Assembly (NCBI GenBank): GCA_977018835.1
Contig: OZ361259.1
Coordinates: 4,526,001 to 4,589,053, forward strand
Source: Minutocellus sp. GHC0000111
Taxonomy: Eukaryota
Length of the DNA stretch: 63,053 nt
Direction: 5' to 3'
A program made the position numbers and the translations under genes. Shown here piece after piece: positions 1 to 10,979 of the stretch; position 1 is the stretch's first letter; each line of letters opens with the position of its first letter. The notes below the pieces were generated by a model, which saw only the letters and a program-made list of their open reading frames with translations, ran no database searches and was not told where the DNA came from.

Positions 1-393
1 CACAATAATACCAAAGGCTGACCTCTCTCTCGCTCTCGTGACTCTCGGTTTTGAGCTTGGCGCTTGCTGGACAAGCAATTTGCTTACTTGCCAGGAGCAG
101 CGGCAGCAGCAGCAGCAGCAGCAGGCAGGCAGGCTCTCGTCCTTCAAAAACTAGCTCCGTGCGTCGTCTTTCCACCGTTCGACAAGCAAAATCGCAAAGA
201 TCGCACCAGCCATCAGATCACTGCTCATGGTCGCTTGCAATCCCTAGCTAGGGATTGCAAGCATCTCAGGTAGACTCTGAAAGATAGACTGAATTAATTG
301 ATTGAGCGCACACGCACGCATGATCAAAGCAGGAAGAGCCTTTTCCCGAAACAGAACACAACCGAACCGAACCTCCGCCCAGCCATCCATCCA

Positions 394-2271
394 ATGAGAC
401 CGATTGCATCGGCGGTGCTGCGAGAAAAGATGGTATCGTCGGCAGCTTCGACTTCTTCTGCGACACCCTTGCCACTGGTCAGTGCCGCTAGCAGTGCAAC
501 CAGCACCGCCACCACAACTTCTTCCATCCTTTCGACAATTCTGTCCTACCTTACCGACCACAAATGGGCAGTGTTCGGGATCGGCCTGGCAGCGACACCT
601 CTAATGGCGTTGTTGCAGGGGACGTACTTTTTGATACGCTATCGGCTCCAATTTGGCAGCGACGTGCCGGTGCCCGTGTTGCCGGCACATGGTGTGGTGC
701 TCGTGGTCGACAGGGAGGAGGAGGAGACAGATGGCAGTGGCACATCTCAATGTATCCGAAATGTGGACATCACCTACCGAGATGATGGCGATAGCAGCAC
801 CGATGCCGATGAGAACAAAATGAGGACATGGGGAACAATAGCAACCGCAACACCGCAATCCTCCCGCCCAAACACAAAGCAAGCCCCCCTCCGCCTGCTG
901 GTCATCGGTGATTCCCTCGCCGCGGGAGTGGGCGTCCTATCTCCCTCGTCACCGGCACCGCTCCTTCCCGAAATTGTGGCCCGATCGCTGTCCAGAGCGT
1001 TGGGTGGAAAGCCAATCTTTTGGACCTGTGTGGCAGAGCCCGGTGCCAGTTCGGGCTGGATCTTCCGTGAGTTGGCCAGTCGAAGCTTCCTGCAGGATGG
1101 TTAAGAAGGGAGCATGCAAATGGATTGCCGCGAAGCAAGTGAATTTGCAGACGAAAACAAGGTTTCAACTGCTCAAAATGTGTCTTCTGCGCCATCCTCA
1201 GTCATTCAAAAAGCACTGGCACTGTCGGCGGGGGGTGATACAATCATAAGCAACATTGATGAAGCCGATAGAGAACTGGCTGAATGGTGCAGAATGCTGC
1301 AAGTGCATAGCAAGCGGTTGCACACCGACGTGATGGGGGAATATGATGTAGCAGTAGTCATGACTGGTCTCAACGATCTAAAAGGTGCGATACTTCTTAC
1401 CGGGGATGAGATTGAATTTAGAAGACAAGCGCATGCTAGGGGTGGTGACTACACGGCGGAGCTGAAGAGAGTTGTCGATGCCTTGAGCGATAAGATGAAG
1501 CAGGGATTTACTGAATACGTTCAAAATGTACGATTGCGTGTTGGGTCGATGACTTCATCCCGCAAAGAAACCACTGCGGCAAGTACTGATGTTGATGAAA
1601 TGCAACAGAGCGAGTCGTCGAGGCACCCCTTGCTGCCTACTGATGAATTATCCTCGACTCAATAAGGCGCCGCAGGCGAATTTGCCGAGGAGAAGAAGGC
1701 CCATAGTGTCGAAAGCAAGGGGGGCGGAGAACAATACCCGCTCGTGGTTCTGACAGCATTGCCATCCAACTTGCCAGTGCTGCAGTGCCCACCCTTTATT
1801 TGGCTGTTGAAACCTCTGATTAGATGGACAGATCGGATTAAGCGGAAACTTGCTGGGCGATTTCCGCATGCAATGCTTTTTGTGGAAGCTCCCAAACGCT
1901 CGGAAATGAAAAACTATGAACAGAAACGGGGAATATTTTGGTTGGAGCATGAAAAGGAAGAACTTCTCCTATCTCTCAAGCTGGCGCCAGAGTGTGAATG
2001 TCGACACACTGAAATTGCTATGAAATCATACCATGACAAGCACGTTAGAGGGAGGCAAAGGATTCACGGTAGAGATTGCGCACCGTCCTGCGAGGAGGAT
2101 GACTTTGGAAATCTTTTTGACGGTGAAGACAATATCATTTTTCCAGCGAGTGTGCACCCCCGAGCCCCTGGGGCATCACTTCTCTCGGAGGATGGAATCC
2201 ACCCAAATAACGATGGCTACGATTGTTGGGGTAGAATTATTGCTGGCGAGATCCTCAGAAAGTGGCGCTAA
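394..2271 (+). pseudogene. SGNH/GDSL hydrolase-family protein with N-terminal TM helix, interrupted by two in-frame TAA stops
   Basis: ORFs 298-1104, 1114-1665 and 1744-2271 are all in one frame. Block I LVIGDSLAAGVG, block III VMTGLNDL and block V DGIHPN fall in different pieces. TAA at 1102-1104 and 1663-1665, with no obvious introns removing them. Confidence 0.7.
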
Positions 2272-2522
2272 CTTTTTCACTGCAGTCATATTGAGAGAGC
2301 CATTTGACATGTATTCTTTTCTTTTACGTTAACCGAATATATTATGCGAGGTGCAGCTCGCTAGAGATCTGCATTTCAACGAAAATATTATGCTTTCTTG
2401 AGTTGGTCTGTTGCCATCGCTCGTCTTCGATCGATGTATGTAAATTATGGGACATCAATGTATTGACAAAAATATAAAATGTATAAAGAAACAAAAATAT
2501 GGTGGATCTGTGCATTGGGTCA

Positions 2523-5419
2523 TTACTTGGGAACCGGAAGATTCAGCCTCTCGGCAATGAGAGCGGCCTCGGGTTGTGATACTTCGGCGTCGACCTGGCC
2601 GTTCATTAGCCGCCACGTTTTCTTTCTATCGGCGCTCATGCAACGCCCTCGCCTTTGCGTTGGTCGTCTTCGTAGATGCCGCAGTCGGCATCGCCCTCCG
2701 GCCATAGGTAGGTGCCTCGCCCATGCCGTACATTATAACGGAACTCTCCTTCATATCGACCTCCCATGGCATCGAGCATGGTGCCCCACCCTTCTCTCAT
2801 GTCTTCTTTCCAGAGCCCCTTGTATTGGGACCCATCGGAACTTCGAAGGGTGCCACGGCCATCTTTCATGCCGACATGGAAGTCGCCGTCGTAGACATCG
2901 CCATCGGCGTAGCGGAGGATACCGCGACCATGGAACTTGCCCGCGCGAAAATCACCTTCGTATTGGTTACCGAAGGCATCAACGTAGTGTCCTCGGCCCT
3001 CCATAGAGTCTTGACGCCAGCTACCAACGTAACGCGATCCATTGACATCGGTATACACACCGTGTCCGTCGCACTGGTCGTTGTGCCATTCGCCTTCGTA
3101 GGTATTGTCGGAGGCATACTGGTAGGTTCCCTGACCGCTGAAGGATCCAGCTTTGAAGTTGCCTTCGTACTTGTCACTGTGATATGGAAAGAATAAAAAC
3201 AATGGGAGAAAACAAAAGGTTCGAACGTTAGCAAAGTCATAAGAAAAAACATAGAATCACAATGTAGAAAGCCACGATGGCAGACAAACTTACCCATCGC
3301 TGTATTCCATTCTACCCATGCCGTCCATGACGTCGTCGTTCCACCATCCGGCGTACTTATCGCCGTCGACAAAGTGCATCACGCCATAGCCATGACGCCG
3401 ACCGTCGCCGACAATCTGACCCTCGTACTCTCCGTCGTGGAAAGTCCTTCGGACCGATGGAGGGCCGGTGGGACTATGACGCAGGTCGTCGGCAAGCGAT
3501 CTGCTTCCTCCTCTGGAATCCATCAGGAGACTTCGGGGAGAGGCTTGCGGATTGAGGCCCGGAGCACCAATACCGCGGGACGAGCGAGACCGACGAGCAG
3601 ACCCAGAAGCATGCGGGCCCTTCTTGGCAACATTGCCGGTGGGTAGGGCATACTTGCGATTCGCCTTGGTCTTTCTCTTCTTGGCGGTTGCTGTGGCTGA
3701 GGCGGTGCTGTCCTTCCGGGGCCGTCCCCTCCTCTTGGAGCCGACGGAACCGGACAGGCTGTTCAGGCTGCTACCGCCCTCGCCGGCATGACGAGGATCG
3801 GCCGTAGTACCAAACAAAGCGTCCGAGGCATGGAGGAGGGATTGGAAGGCCTCACTCTCCGACGGGCAGGCGCTGTCCTGCGATCCCATCCGGTGGATGC
3901 TTCGGTGGTCCTTCGGAGTACCGGCGTGGAATGGGCTGAGGGCCGCGTTGGGGAACAGGCCAGAACCGAAGGAATCGTTCCGACGATGATGAGCGGCCTG
4001 CGGACCGGGACTGTTGATGGCGGCGAGGTTGCGAGCAAAGGTGACGCTGCCCTCGTCCCGGTATTGGCCCCGCGGGGTGAGGCCCGAGAAGTCAAAGACG
4101 CGGGGAGTGCGGAGGTTGTCGCCGCGGGGAGTGGCCAGCCCCGCCGGCGGTGCAGCGGTCCTGTCCTTGGCCAGGTACGACGTCCACGGACTGAAGGGCG
4201 GGTGATTCGGCGGAGCGGAATGCGCACCACCGTCGTGTCCTGCAGTTCCATCGGTCTGCTGGGCGAGCAGCTCGTTCGTGGGAGTCTGAACACGCTTCTT
4301 CTGGTCCTCGGCGGAGGCATCGCTGGCGGCAGACTCGTCCGCCGAACCGGCGTTGGCACCCTGGTCGTTCTTGGAAGCATCCTTCGGCTCCTTCCTTTTC
4401 GAAATGGCTTGTACTTGCGATGCCAACACCGCGGCCGCGGACGATTCGGAGTCGCTGTTGCCCTCCCCGCTGGGGGTAATGACGTGCTTCCCCCGCTTGC
4501 CCTTGGTGCCGTGGGGACTTGGACTGATGGGACGGTGCCTGTCCTCCTGACGGCGCTGCTGGTCCTGATCCTGTTGCTGATGGGCTCCTGCCGCCGCCAC
4601 GTTGGAGCTGGAGTTGGCGTTGGTGCTTGGGCTGGCATTGGCAGTAGCGGAGTTGTTGTTGTTGTTGTTGTTGTTGTTGGCCGAGGAGCTACTGGTAGAT
4701 CCATTGGGCGTATCAAACTTGGGCCGGAGGAGGGCGGCAACCTTGGGCGGGGGGCTGCCACTGGGACTGCCCAGGCGGTTGACCTTGGCCGCGCTGGGAG
4801 AGCGGCGGATGCCGTTGGGGCTGCGGCTGGCGGCCATGCCACCCGCTCCGGTGCCGGTGCCGGCATCGGCGGAGGCCCCGCCCCCTTCCTTGGGTTGGGA
4901 CGAGGCGCTATCGGCACCGCCACCACCACCGTCGGCGTCGTTGACGATCCTGCTCTCGGCATCGGTCATGCTGACCGACCGGAGGCTGCCAGCAGCACCA
5001 CCAGCAGCACCGGTGCCATTGACCGACGCCGACGCGCTCAGGTGGCGCATGTGGCCGAGGGGCAGAGGCTTGGGAGCGATGGGGGGCTTCCTGTACCCTC
5101 CGTTGCCGCTACCACCGGCACCCTCGTCGTTGGCCTGGTCGGCGGAGGGATCGTACGACAGCTTCCTCCTCTTGAGGTTGGGGCTGGTGTCCTTCTTCTT
5201 CTTCTGGGACTTGTTCTGCTTGCCCGTGTCGTTGTCGTTGTTCTTGCTACTATTGGTTTCGTTGGACGATGATGCCCCGGTCTTGTCGTCGGTGTCGGTG
5301 GTGGCATCTGTCTGATTCTTGTTGTGTTGCTGTTGGTGGTGTTGATCGTCCTCGTCCTTGCTGGAACCCGCCGAGGAGGTCCCGTCCAGCTGGGGCAGGT
5401 AGATGTTGTTGGTTGTGGT

Positions 5420-5450
<31 letters not shown>

Positions 5451-6403
5451 CCAGTCGTCTCTTGGTTCTTTTGGGGGTTGGCGTTGGAGGAAGATGCCTG
5501 TGCTCCGGAGGAGGCCGAGTTGGCAGGCCTGCCGTCCTGCAACTGCCGCCCCTCCCGATGGTCGGCGGCGACGACGTCGCTGTACGCGGCCCCGTCCTCC
5601 TTTCCGCCTACCGTCGGGCTGTGCCCATTGCCACCACCACCGCCGCCGCCGCCCATGGTCCCGTACCGGCTGGAATCCAACGGGGTCAGGGCCAGCGGCC
5701 TGAGGTGGGCATCGTCCAAAGTCCCCAGGGGCGTCTTGGGCATGGACTTGCCCCCGGCCGATCGGGATGAGGTCGGACAGCTGGGCTGAGGGTGGGCTTG
5801 GGCATATCCCGACGGAGGGTAGGCTGATGAGGAGGACGGGGTCCGCGCGCTGTTGCCGTGGCCGCTGCTGCTGGGATGCGGCTGCCGCGGCACGGGGGGA
5901 CGGTACGCCGGGGGGCTGGCCAAATTGAGCGGATGGGGGGGACGGATCAAACCCCGCCGGACCGAGAGGGGGGTGCCGCTCGCGCTCAGACCGCCGAGGC
6001 CAGCGCCACCGCTGTGGTTGCGCCGGTGGTGAGGGGACAGTAGTGTTCCCCCGCTCCCAGACGAAGCCGCCGACGGGTCATTGCTGTGGTTGCAGTCGGC
6101 CCGGCCGCGCTTCCGGCCGCTGCTGCCGCCGCTGCCGCTGTGCACGCCCCGGCCGGAGGTGGCGCCGCCGCCGGCACCATCGCTGCTGCCGCTGCTTCGG
6201 CTGCCGCTCCGACCCCGGCCGCCGCCGTTCGGATTCTGCGTCCGCGACCGCTGGAGGTCCTGCCGCATCTGCCGGGCCGCGGCCCGGCGGCGGTCGGCGG
6301 CTGCTGCCTCCGACGATGCCGACGACGACGACGACAGGTTGTCCGCCGCAGCCGAAGCCGAAGCCGAATCCGACGCTCGCCAGGGCGGGGAGGACGGGGC
6401 CAT
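2523..6403 (-). CDS. MORN-repeat protein with ~1000-aa low-complexity N-terminus; apparent -1 frameshift near the C-terminus
   Basis: Repeated YEGxW/F...GxG MORN units. GT-AG intron 3177-3293 joins SDG|DKYEG. The C-terminal MSADRKKTWRLMNG...LPVPK lies in another frame after GEGV (~2641). Confidence 0.8.
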
Positions 6404-7522
6404 TTACGTTGCTATTCCGCTTCCAAGCCGACCACCCCTTCCTTTATTATTCCGATATTGGTCTCAATCGGTCGGTCGGTCGGTCGGTGGGAGGTGGGTT
6501 GTGCCGTTCGGTTTCGAGTCGGAGGACGTGCACTGCTCTGGCTGTTCTGATTCGATTCTACGACTCGATTCGATTCGTTTGTGCATGCACCTCCCACGTA
6601 CCCAAGGCAGGGCCGAGCCAGGAGGCGAGGAATACGGAACCGCCCGATGCCGAGGTTGCTGAAACTATCGCCCTTCGGTGCACTAACTGCCGATATCGAG
6701 CACGTCCTTTGTATGGGCTCCCCAACCCAATATTGGCAGCACGATGCAACGATGGCTCTGCCCAGGTCGTAAGCCAAGCACAGCAGGCTGCGCTTATCGC
6801 TCAAAATTTGCTCTTCTCCCACCGATGTACAAACGAGGAAGGAGTGAGGGGAACAAAGGAACCAAGTGTATCCCAAACGGGCTGTGACAATCGCTGCCGT
6901 TGCGTTGGGAGGGCTGTACAAACAAACGGGCTCCGAATGGAAATTTGGGCACGGCCACAGAGGGCAAATCGCCGTGCGAGTAATTCCAAGGAAATCAGGG
7001 GCGAGGAACGCGGAGATGATGAAGATCAGATGTTATCCGAAACTTTCCCAGATGCTTACGGGATAGGCCGGCGGCGATGGCAATTGGTTGCAATTGGTGG
7101 GCGTTGAATTTTCCACAGCTTTCTCGCTTGTTTGAGCGAGCTCCGGCCGGCAATGCCGGCGCGAACTGCGTGGAATTCCATTGTTTTCAATTGATTGGGG
7201 GGTTTTGAGTGGGTTGAACTTGGCTTTCGGTGGCAAATTTTCGCGACCAGCCGTTTAGCCGTTGACGTACACGTACGTACGTGCAATCATGAATGTTCGG
7301 AAACTGCCGATCGATCGATGCTGTCATTGCCGGTTTTGTCACCGCTATGCTATTGCACCCCTCGTGTGAGTAAATTACCAAGTAGATTGGCACATGTGAG
7401 TGGATTGGCAGAGGCAGAAGGAGAGGCAGCGGACAGCGACGTGTGGCACGTGCTCATCGTCGTAGCTTGAAGCTGGACCTACTCAAAATCCCAGCAGCCC
7501 ATGTGAGCCACAAAAACAACAA

Positions 7523-9160
7523 ATGAGCACGAGCGGACGGTACTCACATCTCGACGGCCGTGAGGAAGACGACGACGACACTACAATCAATGACATCGGC
7601 AACGAAAACAACAACAAAGGGGTGCGATTTGTCGAGATCGAGGATCAGCAGCAGGATGAATTTGCGGACGAAGCATTCGTGGAGCACGAAGACCGGCGTG
7701 GTGCCAATGCCGACAACGGCGACGACCGTCCCTCGACCAACAGCACCAACACCAGCACCAGCACATTGTACCTTGGCATCGTCACGTCGCTCGGCTTCTG
7801 CGCCACGTACTTTTGGAGATATCCCATCTTTATGCTCCCGCCCGACATACTGTCCACACCCGTCGTAACCGTGCCCAACATCTTTGGCAATGCCTCTACT
7901 ACATCCACCATCACCCTCGACCTCCAATCCAGCTTCTCCCTCGCCTACATTGGTGGCATGGGATCGGCCAAATTTATGGGCATGCGCTTAATCGCCTCGG
8001 ACTTCTTCTTCCGCCATCGGCTGGCCGTCATCTGCGCCCTGGCGATCTTTACCATGCTGACGGAATGCGTCGGTGTTTGGGCCTTTGCATCGATCCCGCC
8101 GCTGCAGGTGGCGTCGGTGTTCGCTTCGTCCTTCGTCAACAGCTGGACCTACGGTGCCGTCCTTACCTACATTGAGGGCCGAGAGGCGACGGAAACTCTG
8201 TTGGCCATTATGGGATTGTTTTTCATTGATGCCGGCGGGGCATCCAGGGGTGCTGCAACGATGGCACTGAATGCGGGCGTGCCACCCCTCCTCATGCCGC
8301 TGACGCTGGGGATGATTGCATGTCCCATCAGCTGTTTCATGATGTACCTCACGGATCGATGTCCGAAGCCATCGGCTGCCGATTTGGCATCGCGATGCGA
8401 GAGGTCGCCTATTTCCCCGTCCGATCAGCGCAAGTTCCTTTCCACGTATGCCATTGGGATGGCTACGATCTACATATCTTATGCAATATTGACGGGTTTG
8501 AGATCGTTCCGTGATTTTTATGCCGAACAAATCTACACGGCTGCCCTTCAGGACGAACCGGCCGCCTGGATATTTTTGGTTGCCGACCTACCTGGAGCCA
8601 TTTTGGCATCGGCCGTGCTGTACTCGTTCAAGTCACACCAGGAACACGGAGCAGCTCTTCAGGCCATGCTCTGCACATGCGTTGGTGCTGGTGCTCTCAT
8701 TCTTGTGGCCACCAGCATGTTTGCCGCGAATCTAATCGGGGGACTACTGTGGCAGATGACACTGGGAGTGGGCCTATATGTTGCATACAATATCCTCACC
8801 AGCGCCGTTTATGACAGAATTGTTGCGGCGACGAATACGGAAGGTACCTGCACATTCCTGGTGTTCCTTGGCGACTGCTTTGGATACGTCGTTACTTTTG
8901 CGATTCTACTTTTGCGAGATTTTGGTTCTAGCAGTAGTGACAGTGATGGTGATGATGACGGAACGTCCGATAAAGAGACTATTCTTAGCGTCTTCTTTAC
9001 CTTTGTTTACTTGGGAATTGGAGTATCAGTTGGTTGTCTTCTTGCAGCACGTTGTTACTTTTGGAAACGATTGCGAGAAGACGACAATGCATCAGAGCTC
9101 GAAGTTGTGCGCTTGGCAGAGCAATCTGAATTGGATTTGGACGGCCATGTGATGACATGA
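7523..9160 (+). CDS. Multi-pass MFS-like membrane protein, DUF5690-like
   Basis: 545-aa intronless ORF with ~11-12 hydrophobic segments. Motifs YIEGREATE, RSFRDFYAEQI and FLVFLGDCFGY resemble the bacterial DUF5690 family (recognised from memory). Confidence 0.6.
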   Translation: MSTSGRYSHLDGREEDDDDTTINDIGNENNNKGVRFVEIEDQQQDEFADEAFVEHEDRRGANADNGDDRPSTNSTNTSTSTLYLGIVTSLGFCATYFWRYPIFMLPPDILSTPVVTVPNIFGNASTTSTITLDLQSSFSLAYIGGMGSAKFMGMRLIASDFFFRHRLAVICALAIFTMLTECVGVWAFASIPPLQVASVFASSFVNSWTYGAVLTYIEGREATETLLAIMGLFFIDAGGASRGAATMALNAGVPPLLMPLTLGMIACPISCFMMYLTDRCPKPSAADLASRCERSPISPSDQRKFLSTYAIGMATIYISYAILTGLRSFRDFYAEQIYTAALQDEPAAWIFLVADLPGAILASAVLYSFKSHQEHGAALQAMLCTCVGAGALILVATSMFAANLIGGLLWQMTLGVGLYVAYNILTSAVYDRIVAATNTEGTCTFLVFLGDCFGYVVTFAILLLRDFGSSSSDSDGDDDGTSDKETILSVFFTFVYLGIGVSVGCLLAARCYFWKRLREDDNASELEVVRLAEQSELDLDGHVMT

Positions 9161-9344
9161 CAATAAACAATACATAAACTTTTTTAGACGCAACCAGTAA
9201 ATTGGCATGTCGGGGAGGCACATTCCCTTTGACCTACATTCTCCTACATGTATATAAAGTCTTACCGGTACATATGGGCCTCCATTTCTCAGATTTCTCA
9301 AAAAAAAAATTAACATCAGAATTATTTTCATTTAGCTCTCCTTT

Positions 9345-9695
9345 CTACATGTACTTGGTCCTCTGTGGGGAGATTCGCCCCCGCAGATATTGCTCAAGAT
9401 ATTGCTCAATTTCTGCGTGTCCTTCGCGGATAGCATCATCCAAGGCGGTGTTACCAAAGCGATCCATTCCATTGACCGTAGCCCCATTGGAAAAGAGCCA
9501 TTTCAACGCCCGGAAGTTGCCATTGCTTGCCGCGAGATGCGCGGCGGTACGGCCGTCATAGTCACAAGCATTTGAAGACACCCCGTCTTGTAGCATTTCT
9601 TGTAGCTTGGGTATGATACCTAATGCGGCAGCCTTGCAGAGAAGTCCCTTCGAGCCTATCTGACCCATGAGAATAGACCATGAGCCACCGACAAT
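9345..9695 (-). pseudogene. Ankyrin-repeat fragment (glutaminase/K+-channel C-terminal type), probably an orphan last exon
   Basis: DYDGRTAAHLAASNG...DRFGNTALDDAIREGH. The frame is open right up to the TAA TAG ending Ctf8, leaving no room for a promoter. Confidence 0.55.
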
Positions 9696-9698
9696 CTA

Positions 9699-10394
9699 TT
9701 AACGCATGATGCTCTTCGGGTAGTTATCGAAGAGCATCTTCTTCGTTACGATTCCCGCCACCTCGTACGAGACTGATTCACCCGACTTAGCCAACGCCCC
9801 TTCGTCCGTTGAATCGATATCCATCTTTGAGAAAGAATCTCCGCCATCGCCGCCTTCCCCGCTTTCGTCGCGCTTGCGCTTCTTCTTCTTCATGACAACA
9901 AAGGGCTGTTTCAACTTCTCTACCTTGCCCTTTAGCTCGTGGCTTCCCAGTGTCATTATTGGCGTGCCCTGTTGTATCCGACGTACGTGCCGATTAGAGC
10001 GGAGTGGAACGAGGGGCATGGTGAGATATGTGATATTAATACGTGTGCGAATCAAAACTTCCTTGCGCCTGGCGTTGCATCGACGAAAAAGATAATTTAT
10101 TTACACAATATTTATTTATTACAACGAGATTCATTTATGATAGATAATCACGTTCCGCTCATGTGCGTGCACAGAGTATAATTATAATGAAACACTTACG
10201 TCGGAGGAAAAGCGGACGGAGCCCAATTCCATTCTGGTGCCGGCTTGGCCTTGGGTTGTGACGGTGCCGCCGGACAAAGAAGCAGCCGGTCCGACCGAAG
10301 GGGGGACAAGCTCGCCGTTCAATTCGAGAAGCGACCACTCCTGCGGAGTATCGTCGTCATCGTCGGCGGCGCCAGACCGGATGGGGATGAGCAT
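9699..10394 (-). CDS. CTF8: Chromosome transmission fidelity protein 8 (Ctf18-RFC subunit)
   Basis: Exon 1 MLIPI..EWSLLELNGEL..ELGSVRF, intron 9969-10199 (GTAAGT..CAG), exon 2 LGSHELKGKVEKLKQPFVVM..GIVTKKMLFDNYPK. Confidence 0.85.
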
Positions 10395-10979
10395 GGTAGC
10401 GCTCTGGGGCGGATGAGGCTCGAGGCGAGTGCGGTTGTGCGTTGTGCGGCGGCGGCGCGGCGGTGTTACATGTGAGGAGCGCCTCGAGGAGACTCGGTTT
10501 TGAGAAATCGAACGACAGACGGACGAAAACGATCTCAAATAAGTACAAATAAATGATTTTCCAAAAATCTCAATGTGGCGAGCCCGTGGCAATGATGCAC
10601 CCACCGGCGGGAAGATGCCTCCGCGATAGTTCCCCACCATTTGACCTCTGTGCGTCGCAAGAGAAAGGACGGTTGATGCCGTTTTAGTTGCACTCTCTGA
10701 TAGCGGCCAGCCATTGCAAGGGATATTGCATTCGCTTTTGCGCCTTGCGTATCTTTGGAGCGAATCGCAACTCCATCGCTTCGCTTGATCGAAGCGATAT
10801 TGAGAATCCAAAAGCAATCCTCGGGATACCATTTTCATTGCCTTGTGTGGTCGTTTGAGGCACCCTCCATCATTGCCCCATTGCGTCCGAACGGCGGAAC
10901 CTCTCGCTGTCAAATTCCCAACCAGCCCAGATATCAATCTGGAGAACATTGTTCTTGAACCGCAAGTAAGTGCAAATAA

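Noticed and set aside
6470..6490. (GTCG)n tract upstream of the MORN gene and poly-Q/N codon runs
   Set aside because: Ordinary microsatellites with no further structure.
3763..6662. Long antisense and alternate-frame ORFs over the MORN gene
   Set aside because: Shadows of GC-rich low-complexity coding sequence, with no motifs.
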